Shown here in pieces: positions 39,793 to 49,290 of a stretch of 64,000 nucleotides of DNA. Position 1 is the first letter of the stretch. Each line of letters starts with the position of its first letter. The notes under the pieces were generated by a model. That model ran no database searches, was not told the origin of the DNA, and worked only from the letters and a program-made list of their open reading frames with translations. The DNA comes from an uncultured Phycisphaerales bacterium. GTDB lineage: Bacteria > Planctomycetota > Phycisphaerae > Tepidisphaerales > Tepidisphaeraceae. The position numbers and the translations under genes were made by a program. Where the stretch lies: assembly GCA_963758525.1 (NCBI GenBank), contig CAVWVQ010000003.1:544001-608000 (forward strand). Reading direction: 5' to 3'.

Positions 39793-39990
39793 CGGCCGCG
39801 TCAGGAAATATGGGTCGGCCGCTCCAGACGTTGCTATCGCCGTCTCGAACGCCAGATCGGTACGCTTGAGCTACTCATGAAGTTTCAGCGGCAACCCGCT
39901 GCCGCGACTGACTCTCACCGGCGTACTTGGGGATAGGTTCAGCCCCGGATTGCTTAGCGCCTGGTCCAAGAGCAGTTACACTGCGGGGAG

Positions 39991-41973
39991 ATGCAACGGG
40001 CCTACTATCACGCCACAATCAGCGCCTTCCTAGAAACGAGCGACGACGTAGTTCTCGGCCAACTGGTGCGTAACTCGACTTTCAGCGTGGAGACGACGCA
40101 ACGGGATGCGTGGGTTGGGCAACTCCGAACTATGCGCGAGGTATTGCCCGAGTACCGAAATCGTGGATCGATCTATGTTGAGTACGCGATTCCGCGGCTT
40201 GGCAGGCGAGCAGACGTGATTGCATTGATTGATTCGGTGATTTTCGTGCTTGAATTCAAGGTAGGCGCACGCGCTTTTGCTGCTGGCGATGTCGATCAGG
40301 TCTATGACTATGCGCTCGATCTCAAGAATTTCCACGAAGCTAGCCATGGCTGCGTTATTGCGCCAGTGCTGATCGCGACTGCGGCGCGGCACGCTCAGTC
40401 AACCGTTGCAACCACACCATTCCAGGACGGTCTGCTTCAACCGATCATGAGCACGGTCGGCAGCCTCGGTGATGTAATTCGCAGTGTTCTCGACTTTTCC
40501 GATGCCGACAGGATTGATGTCACTGCGTGGGAACAGGGCCGATACTGCCCCACGCCAACGATTATAGAGGCGGCAACAGCCCTTTACGGCGGACACAAGG
40601 TCGAGGATATCTCAAAGAAGGACGCCGGGGCAGAGAACCTTGCTCTCACTTCCAACACGGTTGACGGCATCATTGAGTGGTCGAAGGCAAACGCGCGGAA
40701 GTCAATTTGCTTCGTTACGGGCGTGCCCGGAGCCGGCAAAACACTGGTTGGCTTAGATGTTGCAACGAGGCACATCGACGCGAAATCCGAACTTTATGCG
40801 GTTTTTCTGTCGGGCAATGGCCCGCTCGTAGCCGTGCTGCGCAAAGCGCTCGCGAAGGATAAGGTTCGACGGGAGAAGGAAAGAGGCAATCCATTCAAGA
40901 TCGGCGCCGCTCGTAGCGAGGTCAAGGCGTTTATCCAGAACGTACATAATTTCCGCGATGACTGTCTGGTCGATAAAAGCCGGGCGCCGATCGAGCATGT
41001 CGCTCTATTCGACGAGGCGCAGTGCGCTTGGAACTTGGAACAGACGGCCAAGTTCATGCTGCAGCAGAAAGAACTCGCCGACTTCGATATGTCCGAACCT
41101 GAGTTTTTAATTTCATGCCTTGATCGACATCCTGATTGGGCTGTGATTGTTTGCCTTGTTGGCGGCGGACAGGAGATCAACACCGGCGAAGCCGGGATCA
41201 GCGAATGGCTTGATTCCTTGATCCGGAGCTTTCCAAATTGGCAACTCCACATTTCCTCGCGCCTCACCGATGCCGAGTACGGCGCCGGGGAGTTGGTCGA
41301 ACGAGCCAAATCCCTGCCGAACGTCAGTTTTCGAGACGAGCTCCACCTTGGCGTGTCGATGCGATCGTTCCGGGCCGAGAATGTGTCGCTTCTCGTGAAG
41401 CAACTGCTCGATCTCGAAACTGATGCGGCAATAAAGACATTGCAGGAGCTACGCGATCGATATCCGATACTTCTGACGCGTGAACTCGGCAAGGCCAAAC
41501 AGTGGCTTCGGAGCAAGGCACGCGGCAATGAGCGGTACGGTCTCGTCGTTTCCTCACATGCTTATCGCCTGAAGCCGCACGCTATTGACGTGCGCCTTCA
41601 AGTTGACCCGGTTCACTGGTTTCTCGACGGTAAGGAGGACGTTCGATCCTCCTACTACCTCGAAGACGCCGCGACGGAGTATCGGGTTCAGGGGCTCGAA
41701 CTCGACTGGACTTGCGTGACCTGGGACGCGGATTTTCGATTGGGTGGCGCCGGGTGGGAGCATTGGTCGTTCGTCGGCGATCGCTGGAATCGCGTTCGAA
41801 AAGCCGAACGCCAAATGTATTTGAAGAACGCCTATCGCGTCCTGCTCACACGCGCCCGTCAAGGAATGGTCATTGTCGTGCCGAGTGGCGACGCAGACGA
41901 CCCGACACGCCAAGCCGAATACTATGACTACACGTTCGAGTATCTGAACCGGATCGGCTTTGACACCCTATAA
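39991..41973 (+). CDS. DUF2075 (Schlafen group 3-like) helicase with N-terminal PD-(D/E)xK-like domain
   Basis: [60 protein letters not shown]. Confidence 0.9.
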   Translation: MQRAYYHATISAFLETSDDVVLGQLVRNSTFSVETTQRDAWVGQLRTMREVLPEYRNRGSIYVEYAIPRLGRRADVIALIDSVIFVLEFKVGARAFAAGDVDQVYDYALDLKNFHEASHGCVIAPVLIATAARHAQSTVATTPFQDGLLQPIMSTVGSLGDVIRSVLDFSDADRIDVTAWEQGRYCPTPTIIEAATALYGGHKVEDISKKDAGAENLALTSNTVDGIIEWSKANARKSICFVTGVPGAGKTLVGLDVATRHIDAKSELYAVFLSGNGPLVAVLRKALAKDKVRREKERGNPFKIGAARSEVKAFIQNVHNFRDDCLVDKSRAPIEHVALFDEAQCAWNLEQTAKFMLQQKELADFDMSEPEFLISCLDRHPDWAVIVCLVGGGQEINTGEAGISEWLDSLIRSFPNWQLHISSRLTDAEYGAGELVERAKSLPNVSFRDELHLGVSMRSFRAENVSLLVKQLLDLETDAAIKTLQELRDRYPILLTRELGKAKQWLRSKARGNERYGLVVSSHAYRLKPHAIDVRLQVDPVHWFLDGKEDVRSSYYLEDAATEYRVQGLELDWTCVTWDADFRLGGAGWEHWSFVGDRWNRVRKAERQMYLKNAYRVLLTRARQGMVIVVPSGDADDPTRQAEYYDYTFEYLNRIGFDTL

Positions 41974-42038
41974 ATTTCATCGCTTGAACCGGGATGTTTG
42001 CAATTCGCTCTGTCCCGCCGTGGCCGGCACAGAGCTGG

Positions 42039-42419
42039 GTGATGTCGAAGATCCGCAGGCGCGGGAACCGCTGGACTGAACTCGCGACGGTGGCGTTCTT
42101 CCGCAGACATCGGATCACTGGCTGGCGGCGGCATCAGGCGGTCTTCGGCAGGCCGGACTTTGTCTCTCCCAAAATTAAGCTGGCGGTCTTCGTCGACGGC
42201 TGCTTCTGGCACGCCTGCCCTTCCCACTCCAACATTCCCGTGCAGAATCGAAAGTTCTGGAAGTTGAAGTTGGATGCCAATCGAAGGCGTGACCGGCTGG
42301 TCCGCCGGACGCTCCAATCCCGCGGCTGGCGCGTGCTGCGGATCTGGGAACACGAGCTGTCGCGGCGGAACCACGGGCGCTTACTTGCGCGGGTGAAGCG
42401 AAGCATTGGTGAACGATGA
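42039..42419 (+). CDS. vsr: Vsr-type very-short-patch repair endonuclease, 5'-truncated copy
   Basis: GRPDF, VFVDGCFWHAC, FW..KLDAN..RD, GWRVLRIWEH; lacks MPDVFTKEKRSE. Confidence 0.8.
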   Translation: MMSKIRRRGNRWTELATVAFFRRHRITGWRRHQAVFGRPDFVSPKIKLAVFVDGCFWHACPSHSNIPVQNRKFWKLKLDANRRRDRLVRRTLQSRGWRVLRIWEHELSRRNHGRLLARVKRSIGER

Positions 42420-42537
42420 TCGAAAGGCGCCAGCGGCGTTCTGCGTCGCGAAAGGTCTATCGGTGACGCGCCGCTCTTCACCTGCGTCACTCACCTGGGC
42501 GCGGTTGCGGTCGGGACGCCGATCTCCCATCTTCGTT

Positions 42538-42819
42538 CTATCGCAGCGCGAACTCGATTCTCTTACCTAGAATATGGGCTACCTTAGCCATCGTGTTCAG
42601 CGTGATCGACGTGTTCTGGGGGTCGAGCAGGCGGTCGATGCCCGTGCGGCTTGTTTTTAATCGCTTGGCCATTTCCCCCTTGGTGATCTTTTGCTGGTCC
42701 ATCGCTTTCCCAAGCTCATAAGAGAGCTTGAACTTGATGGCCGAGGCGCGACATTCTTCCAGAATGCCCTCTTCTTCCAGAAAATCCTCGAACCGCGAAC
42801 CCAAATGCTTCTGCTTCAT
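42538..42819 (-). CDS. HTH (XRE/HigA-like) antitoxin
   Basis: KHLGSRFEDFLEEEG, ITKGEMAKRLKTSR..IDRLLDP.N.SITL. Confidence 0.9.
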   Translation of the reverse strand: MKQKHLGSRFEDFLEEEGILEECRASAIKFKLSYELGKAMDQQKITKGEMAKRLKTSRTGIDRLLDPQNTSITLNTMAKVAHILGKRIEFALR

Positions 42820-42827
42820 GTCATCAC

Positions 42828-43172
42828 CTACAGCAATTGCCTCTTGCGTTTCTTTGCCACGTCAAGCTCGTGTTTCGGCGTCTTTTGAGTCTTTTTGATG
42901 AATCCGTGCAACAACACCATCGCTCGTCCCTCAACGCAGAAAATCACCCGCGCGATCCGGTCACCAAGGTTGGACCGCACCTCCCACAGTCGGTCGCCAA
43001 GATTCGCCACCAGCGGTTTGCCAATCGGCCAGCAGTACTGAACCTTAAGAACATCATCGCCGATGATCTTCCGCTCGCTCCTTGTCAGCGAGAGCAGCCA
43101 CTCCCTGACCGGCTCGGTCGCTGCGTTCGTCCTGAAAAATACGGCATCAAGCTTTCGATCCCCTTCGCTCAT
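42828..43172 (-). CDS. RelE/ParE-superfamily (Gp49-like, DUF891) toxin
   Basis: EPVREWL, WPIGKPLV, LWEVRS, RVIF, LLHGFIKKTQKTP. Confidence 0.92.
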   Translation of the reverse strand: MSEGDRKLDAVFFRTNAATEPVREWLLSLTRSERKIIGDDVLKVQYCWPIGKPLVANLGDRLWEVRSNLGDRIARVIFCVEGRAMVLLHGFIKKTQKTPKHELDVAKKRKRQLL

Positions 43173-43279
43173 GTTGTACCAAAAATTGTACGTTTCGTTC
43201 GACTGATTTGCAAGCTGGTCCCATTATGCGGCAATCAACCTCCGTCTGAAAGTCGCCGCTGCTTTCGGCGACATCGCCC

Positions 43280-43695
43280 ATGCCTGACGTCTTCACCAAA
43301 GAGAAGCGTTCCGAAGTGATGTCGAATATCCGCGGGCGCGGGAACCGCGGGACTGAACTCGCGACGGTGGCGTTCTTTCGCCGCCATGGGATCACCGGAT
43401 GGCGGCGGCATCAGGCGGTCTTCGGCAAGCCGGACTTTGTCTTTCCCAAAATCAAATTGCGGTCTTCGTGGACGGGTGCTTCTGGCACGCCTGCCCATCT
43501 CACTCGAACATTCCTGTGCAGAATCGAAGATTCTGGAAGACGAAATTGGATGCCAATCGCAGGCGTGACCGGCTGGTCCGCCGGACGCTCGAATCGCGCG
43601 GCTGGCGGGTCCTGCGGATATGGGAACATGAACTGTCGCGACGGAATCAGCGGCGGCTGCTTGCGCGGGTGAAGCGAAGCGTCGGTCAGGGCTGA
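43280..43695 (+). CDS. vsr: Vsr-type endonuclease, full-length copy (single-base deletion near 43459)
   Basis: MPDVFTKEKRSEVMSNIR..GKPDF joins VFVDGCFWHAC..RIWEHEL. Confidence 0.85.
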
Positions 43696-43726
43696 TTGAT
43701 AACGGCCGGCCGCCGGCAACAAGGCG

Positions 43727-43835
43727 AATGTCCAAGGCCCAATGGCCAACAAAGCCTCAAGCCCCAATGACCAAACGAATTCCTGAGGGAGTGCGCCTTG
43801 TGTATTGGGATTTGGTCCTTTGTTGGCCATTGGTC
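43727..43835. repeat. Degenerate inverted repeat (CAATGRCCAA / TTGGYCATTG family)
   Basis: caatggccaacaaag ... ctttgttggccattgg. Confidence 0.6.
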
Positions 43836-43928
43836 GTCGGTCATCACTCACCGGCCACCGCCCCTGCCAAACCAATGCCGCTGCGCATTGTCTGATGAGA
43901 CGGATGATTCGCGGGATCGCGAGGCGGC

Positions 43929-44753
43929 ATGTCACGAAAAACGCAAACGGTTCCACTGATGGAGGCACTCGAGCCACGGCAGCTCTGTTCGGGCGGCGCG
44001 GCCGCGGCAATTGTGGTGACGGCGGTTGTTGCTCCCGCGACGCCGGTCGTGATCGGCGGTCACAGGGGGCATGGCATTGCCGCATCGGTGAAAGTGACCA
44101 ATGTGAGCGGTTCCGGCGCGACCGGTTCGCTGAGTGCGAAGTTTTACCTTTCCACGGATCAGGTTCTCGACGACCAGGATGTGCTGGCAGGACGCATCCC
44201 GGCGCGACGCATGACGCTGCAGCCATCACGGACGCGCGTGGTGCGGGGGGTTTTGAGTCCGCCTGCCGGTCTTCCCGCGGGGCACTATTTTTTGTTTGCG
44301 GTGATCACGCCGGGTGGCGGGCTCGGCAACGCCAATCCGCTTGATGACGTCGGCCTTGCCTCCAGGCGCGTCACCGTCGTTCACGGACGACGTCCGGATT
44401 CCGGAAGTGAAAGCGAGCCTGGCGCGGAAATCTGCTACACCGGAGCGGCGATCGACTGTTGCGGCGCCGGCGCAGCCGTCTTTGAAGGTGCAGTTGCAGG
44501 GCCGGAAGATTCGCCGCCGGCAGACACTGAGCCGGCGACTCAGCCGGTGGAGGAACAGCCGGCTGCGCCGCCGGCCGAAACCCAACCCACCACGCAGCCG
44601 GACGATACTCAGCCAGCCGATACGCAGCCAGTTGATACGCAGCCGGCGAGTCCTTCGCCCGGCGACGATTCCGGCGCGTCAGTTCCGCCGCCCGATGCGG
44701 ACCCGGCTCCCGACTCTGCGGGCGATAGTTCGTCGGGCTCGGACGACGACTGA
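43929..44753 (+). CDS. Planctomycete-type exported protein with Ig/CARDB-like domain and acidic TQP-rich tail
   Basis: EALEPRQLCS, VTNVSG..FYLSTDQVLD..GHYFLFA, (D/A)TQP repeats. Confidence 0.75.
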   Translation: MSRKTQTVPLMEALEPRQLCSGGAAAAIVVTAVVAPATPVVIGGHRGHGIAASVKVTNVSGSGATGSLSAKFYLSTDQVLDDQDVLAGRIPARRMTLQPSRTRVVRGVLSPPAGLPAGHYFLFAVITPGGGLGNANPLDDVGLASRRVTVVHGRRPDSGSESEPGAEICYTGAAIDCCGAGAAVFEGAVAGPEDSPPADTEPATQPVEEQPAAPPAETQPTTQPDDTQPADTQPVDTQPASPSPGDDSGASVPPPDADPAPDSAGDSSSGSDDD

Positions 44754-44765
44754 GCTGAAGATCAA

Positions 44766-44792
44766 GAGCCGCCCGCAACGGCGGGCGGCTCT
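44766..44792 (+). terminator. GC-rich hairpin after stop codon
   Basis: agagccgcccgc-aac-ggcgggcggctct; no U-tract. Confidence 0.45.
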
Positions 44793-44887
44793 GATCGAAT
44801 GAAAAATCAGGCGTTGTGCGAACCTCTCCGCCGGGCTGTCGTTTTACTGCTGCGAATGGGGCTGTTTTGTTGCTTGAAAGGGAGAAG

Positions 44888-45106
44888 ATGAACCGATTGC
44901 TTCCCGGGCGATTCGACTTGATCGTCTTTGTGCTGATGGCACTGGCGTGCGGGCTGATCGTGCAGTTGAGCCCGAGCCGTGATTACATGCTGGGGGTGCT
45001 GGCGATGCCAATTTTCCTGATCGCGGCGTTGCGGGGGTTGAGCCGGAGCCGGTCGGTCGCGCCGATTGAATCGGAGATCGAATCGAGCGAGTCGGTGGCT
45101 GAGTAA
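44888..45106 (+). CDS. Small two-TM hypothetical protein
   Basis: GGGAG RBS, two hydrophobic helices. Confidence 0.6.
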   Translation: MNRLLPGRFDLIVFVLMALACGLIVQLSPSRDYMLGVLAMPIFLIAALRGLSRSRSVAPIESEIESSESVAE

Positions 45107-45141
45107 GCGAGGACCGTGGATGAACGCAGGGAAAGAGATTG

Positions 45142-45344
45142 AACCGCGGATAAACGCCGATGAACGCAGATTGATCAGAGACTCCGCACGATGCGTTTAA
45201 CGTCCACTTGCGTTTCCCCGAAGTTGATCAAGAGGCCAATGTGAAGGCCAGTCGACTCCCAGCCGATTGGCGACATCTATGCGCAACCGATCATCTTCTC
45301 GGTGATTTCATTCAATCTGCGTTCATTTGCGTTCATCTGCGGTT
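45142..45344 (-). pseudogene. Internally deleted GxxExxY gene between 33-bp inverted repeats
   Basis: Minus strand MNANERRLNEITEKMIGCA.. fused to TGLHIGLLINFGETQVDVKRIVRSL*. Confidence 0.75.
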
Positions 45345-45555
45345 CCCTTTCTTCTGTTTGATAAAGCAGTCACCCCAGCAGCGGGCGTCTTCGTCTTTCC
45401 TTTTTGTGTTTTTGCGTTTTTTGTGGCCATTCTCTTACGGACCCGCGCTCCTGGACGCACAACCGATGCGGTAGTGGCTGGCTCCCTGGAAAGGGTCTCG
45501 CACACTTCGGGGAGCAGGCCGGGCATCTGGCTGACTCTCCGGTACAATCCCTTTG

Positions 45556-46398
45556 ATGTCTCCCCCCCTCGGATTGATCGCCGGTGAAGGCGTCTTCCCG
45601 GTTCTTGTCGCGCGCGGCGCACGCGCTGCGGGCCGGCGTGTCGTTTGCGCGGCGCTGTCGGGCCATGCGTGGCGTCAACTGGATGACGAATGCGACGAGA
45701 TCCGCTGGGTCGGCATCCTGCGCGTGGGGCAGTGGATCCGGCTGCTCAAACGAGCAGGCTGCACGGAAGCGATCATGGTCGGGCGGGTGGAAAAGTCGCA
45801 ACTGTACGACCGCTGGCGGTATCTGCGGTATATTCCCGACCTGCGAACGCTGCGGATTTTTTTCCGGGCGGTTCGCCGGGACAAACGACCCAACGTCATG
45901 CTCCAGACGCTCGTCGATGAGCTGGCATCGGCAGGAATTACCTTGATCGACTCCACGCAATTCACCACCGAGCATGTCGTCACGCCTGGCGTGATGACGC
46001 GCCGTCAGCCGACGTCGGGGCAATGGGCGGACATCCGGTTTGGGTATGAGATTTGTCAGTCGATCAGCAGGCTGGATATCGGGCAGTCGATTGCCGTGCT
46101 CGATCGGGATGTGATTGCGGTTGAGGCGCTGGAGGGAACCAACGCCATGATCGAGCGGGCCGGCTCGCTGTGCAAAGTCGGCGGGTGGACGCTGATCAAG
46201 GTGGCGAACAAGACGCAGGACATGCGCGTGGATGTGCCGACGATCGGGACGGTGACGATTGAAAAGCTCGCCGCCGCCCGGGCTGGGTGCATTGTGCTGG
46301 AGCCGGGAAAGACAGTGATGCTGGAGAAGCCGAAGGTGCTGGAGCTGGCGGATCGATACAAAATTGCGATTGTGGGGTATGAAGAAGGTTCAGCGTGA
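45556..46398 (+). CDS. lpxI: UDP-2,3-diacylglucosamine diphosphatase LpxI
   Basis: LGLIAGEGVFP, DIGQS, AVEALEGTNAMI, DMRVDVPTIG. Confidence 0.93.
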   Translation: MSPPLGLIAGEGVFPVLVARGARAAGRRVVCAALSGHAWRQLDDECDEIRWVGILRVGQWIRLLKRAGCTEAIMVGRVEKSQLYDRWRYLRYIPDLRTLRIFFRAVRRDKRPNVMLQTLVDELASAGITLIDSTQFTTEHVVTPGVMTRRQPTSGQWADIRFGYEICQSISRLDIGQSIAVLDRDVIAVEALEGTNAMIERAGSLCKVGGWTLIKVANKTQDMRVDVPTIGTVTIEKLAAARAGCIVLEPGKTVMLEKPKVLELADRYKIAIVGYEEGSA

Positions 46399-46405
46399 GC
46401 TTCCC

Positions 46406-46572
46406 AATTTGCAATTTTCATTTTGCAATTTGCAATCCTCAACTCGCAGTTCTGATCGCGTTCGTCTGATCGAGAGGCGGAAGCATTGAGGATTGCAAAT
46501 ATTGCAAATTGCAAATCGAAACGCGATGGACCACTGAACCCTGACACCCTGAACCCTGACACCCTGAACCCT
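46406..46572. repeat. Inverted ATTTGCA heptamer arms followed by ACCCTGA repeats
   Basis: atttgcaatcctcaa ... ttgaggattgcaaat; (accctga)n. Confidence 0.9.
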
Positions 46573-46583
46573 CCTCCTCCGAC

Positions 46584-47540
46584 ATGGCAAAAGTGCGCAA
46601 AGCAGTCATCACCGCCGCGGGTCGCGGATCGCGTCAGTACCCGGCTTCGTCGGCGGTGCAGAAGGAGATGTTTCCGCTGGTCGATCGCGACGGGCTGACC
46701 AAGCCGGTTATTCAGATCATTGTCGAAGAGGCGGTCGACTCGGGCATCGAGGAGATCTGCATCATCACTCAGCCTGGCGAGGAGCCGCTGTATCGGAACT
46801 ATTTCAAACGGCTCGATCAGGAGTCGGCCGCGCGGTTTGCCGGCAAGGAGTGGGCGATTCGCGAGTCGCAGAAGCTGGGAGCATTGGGCGAACGGCTGCA
46901 TTTTGCCGAGCAGCATTCGCCCCAGGGCTTCGGCCATGCGGTCTATCAGGCCCGGGCGTTTGTCGGCGACGACCCGTTTCTGCTGTTGCTGGGAGATCAT
47001 GTTTACATCAGCAGCGTTGCCGATCGCTGCGCCCGGCAGCTCATGAACGTGTTCGAGACGCACGATCTCGATGCCGCCACGAGCGTGCAGCCGACGCCGG
47101 AAAGCGAGCTTCATCTTTTTGGGACGATTCGCGGCGTGCCGCTCGACCTGGCGATGGGCCTCTACAAGGCGGAGCTGATCATCGAGAAGCCGGCGATCGA
47201 GGTCGCGCGGCGGCAACTGTTCACGCCTGGGCTTCCTGCCGGCAAATATCTTTCGCACTTTGGCATTCACATCTTCAGTGCCCGCATCTTCGAGTCGCTC
47301 GAATATCTCATTGCCAACAACATTCGCGAGAACGGCGAGTTCCAGATGACCGCGGCCCAGGAACATCTCCGCCAGGCTGGCGGCAACTATGGCGCCGTCC
47401 TCGTCGAGGGACAGCGCTACGACACCGGCATCCCCTACGGCCTGGCGGAAACGCAGCTTGCACTGGCGATGAACGGCGTATTTCGCGCGGAGATCTGCGA
47501 CGCGTTCGACCGCATGCGCGAACTTCGATTCCCGCGCTGA
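46584..47540 (+). CDS. galU: UTP--glucose-1-phosphate uridylyltransferase family protein
   Basis: KAVITAAGRGSR..VQKEMFP, QGFGHAV, LLLLGDH, EKP, RYDTG. Confidence 0.85.
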   Translation: MAKVRKAVITAAGRGSRQYPASSAVQKEMFPLVDRDGLTKPVIQIIVEEAVDSGIEEICIITQPGEEPLYRNYFKRLDQESAARFAGKEWAIRESQKLGALGERLHFAEQHSPQGFGHAVYQARAFVGDDPFLLLLGDHVYISSVADRCARQLMNVFETHDLDAATSVQPTPESELHLFGTIRGVPLDLAMGLYKAELIIEKPAIEVARRQLFTPGLPAGKYLSHFGIHIFSARIFESLEYLIANNIRENGEFQMTAAQEHLRQAGGNYGAVLVEGQRYDTGIPYGLAETQLALAMNGVFRAEICDAFDRMRELRFPR

Positions 47541-47851
47541 CGGGCGGGTCCAGACCCTCTCCCGGAGTACCCGGAGAGGGGGCCAGAAAAAGCAAATCTG
47601 CTCCGTGAAGATTCGTGCGAAATTCGCGTCGATTCGTGTTTTGCATTTCTCGATGACTGGGGACTGAAAACCGGCGGAGCTGTTAGAGAAAAGTTCGCAT
47701 CACATCGCCATTGAGGGCAGCCTTCGCGGTTGAGCTCGCAATGCGCCGCTCGAAAATTCGTTGCATTTCGCGGGAATATGCCCGCAGCGGGCGATGTTTT
47801 CCCTGCGTTGTTTCATGCGTACCAAAATCTCTCGCTCCTTCTGGAGGTTCT

Positions 47852-48802
47852 ATGCTCGGCTCACTTCGTGATCGTTTCTCGCAGCTTCCGCAGAATGACG
47901 CTCGCCGTCGTTTCCTCAAAACCGCCGGCGCGATCAGTGCCGCGATGATCGGCAACGGATTGCTGGGAAGTCCCTCGCCCGTTGAAGCGGCGCAGGTGAC
48001 GCGCTTCGGAAAAAAGGGACACATGAAGCAGGTCACCGATGCCGACATTCTGAACTTCGCACTGAATCTGGAGTATCTCGAAGCGGAGTTCTATCTTCGC
48101 GCCACCACCGGCACCGGGCTGGCGGATGATGAAGTCACCGGTAAGGGCACGCTGGGCCAGGTCACCGGCGGGACAAAGGTTCCGTTTTCCGATTCGGTCA
48201 TCTCGCAATATGCGACCGAGATCGCAACCGACGAACATAATCACGTGCTGTTTCTCCGCGAGGCGCTGGGCAAGTCCGCCGTGGCCCGCCCGACCATCGA
48301 TTTGGACACAAGCTTCACCAATGCCGCCATCGCGGCCGGCATCATCACTTCGGGACAGACGTTCAGCCCGTATACGAGCGACGCCAACTTTCTACTCGGC
48401 GCGTTTGTCTTCGAGGACGTGGGCGTGACCGCGTACCATGGCGCGGCGCCTTACATCAATCATTCGGCCTATCTCTCGGCGGCGGCCGGAATTCTCGCGG
48501 TCGAGGCGTATCACGCCAGCGAGGTCCGCACGCTGCTGTTCGGAATGGGCCAGACTAGCCCGGACTTGATCACCATCGCCGACAAGATTTCCGCCCTTCG
48601 CGCTGCCGCCGACGGCAGCGGAGGAGACGGGCACGATCAGCCGTTGGTTGATTCGAACGGCAACGCCAACATCGTTCCCACCGACGACAACAGCATCGCG
48701 TTCGCCCGCACGTTCGACGAGGTGCTGGCGATCGTTTACCTCGGATCGGCCACGACGCCAGGCGGGTTCTTCCCCAACGGGACCAATGGCTTGATCTCCT
48801 GA
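47852..48802 (+). CDS. Ferritin-like (desiccation-related PCC13-62 type) protein with Tat signal
   Basis: RRRFLK, DILNFALNLEYLEAEFY, DEHNHV, FEDVGVTAY, VEAYHA. Confidence 0.9.
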   Translation: MLGSLRDRFSQLPQNDARRRFLKTAGAISAAMIGNGLLGSPSPVEAAQVTRFGKKGHMKQVTDADILNFALNLEYLEAEFYLRATTGTGLADDEVTGKGTLGQVTGGTKVPFSDSVISQYATEIATDEHNHVLFLREALGKSAVARPTIDLDTSFTNAAIAAGIITSGQTFSPYTSDANFLLGAFVFEDVGVTAYHGAAPYINHSAYLSAAAGILAVEAYHASEVRTLLFGMGQTSPDLITIADKISALRAAADGSGGDGHDQPLVDSNGNANIVPTDDNSIAFARTFDEVLAIVYLGSATTPGGFFPNGTNGLIS

Positions 48803-48835
48803 GGTTCGCCACGGCGGTGTCTTCCGGAAGAGAGA

Positions 48836-48870
48836 CGGGCTCGGCGCAAGCCGGGCCCGCTCTGTTTTTG
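48836..48870 (+). terminator. Probable intrinsic terminator
   Basis: cgggctcggc-gcaa-gccgggcccg followed by ctctgttttt. Confidence 0.6.
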
Positions 48871-49117
48871 CGCGATCGCTGCGTGCCTGCGCTATGCCGG
48901 TTCGATGATGAAGCAAGAGCGGGTCTATCCGATTCCCGCCTGAGCCGATGCTGAGTTTGTTGCATGGACGCTTTCCTCGTGACGGTTCTCTCACAGCCAT
49001 TCGACTGGCCCGGCCACTTGACCTTAGCACGCGAAGGGTCACTCCGTGTCGTACCCCTGCCTTGACCGTATCGTCCGGGTGTAACTTTTATTTGTGGCGA
49101 TTGCAGATTTTGCGATC

Positions 49118-49185
49118 GTAGGGCGGGATTCATCCCGCCGTTTTCTCAGCCGGCCAACAAATCGGCGGGATGAATCCCGCCCTAC
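49118..49185. repeat. GTAG-type REP doublet
   Basis: gtagggcgggattcatcccgccg...cggcgggatgaatcccgccctac, near-identical to 23220-23288. Confidence 0.85.
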
Positions 49186-49245
49186 TCGGAGCCGATCGCC
49201 ACTTTCGAGCGCCACACCGTATCGTCCCATCCATCGAAGGCCAGC

Positions 49246-49290
49246 TTGACTTCTTCGTTCATAATGGTACAATATTGAACCATTATGAAC
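49246..49290 (+). promoter_or_regulatory. Sigma-70 promoter overlapped by a 34-bp palindromic operator
   Basis: TTGACT-16-TACAAT; GTTCATAATGGTACAATATTGAACCATTATGAAC. Confidence 0.75.

Noticed and set aside
39793..39990. Integron attC site or ncRNA between accessory genes
   Set aside because: No convincing RYYYAAC/GTTRRRY pair or stable fold seen; no integrase
42039..43695. Diversity-generating retroelement TR/VR pair
   Set aside because: Differences are mostly synonymous and not adenine-specific; no reverse transcriptase
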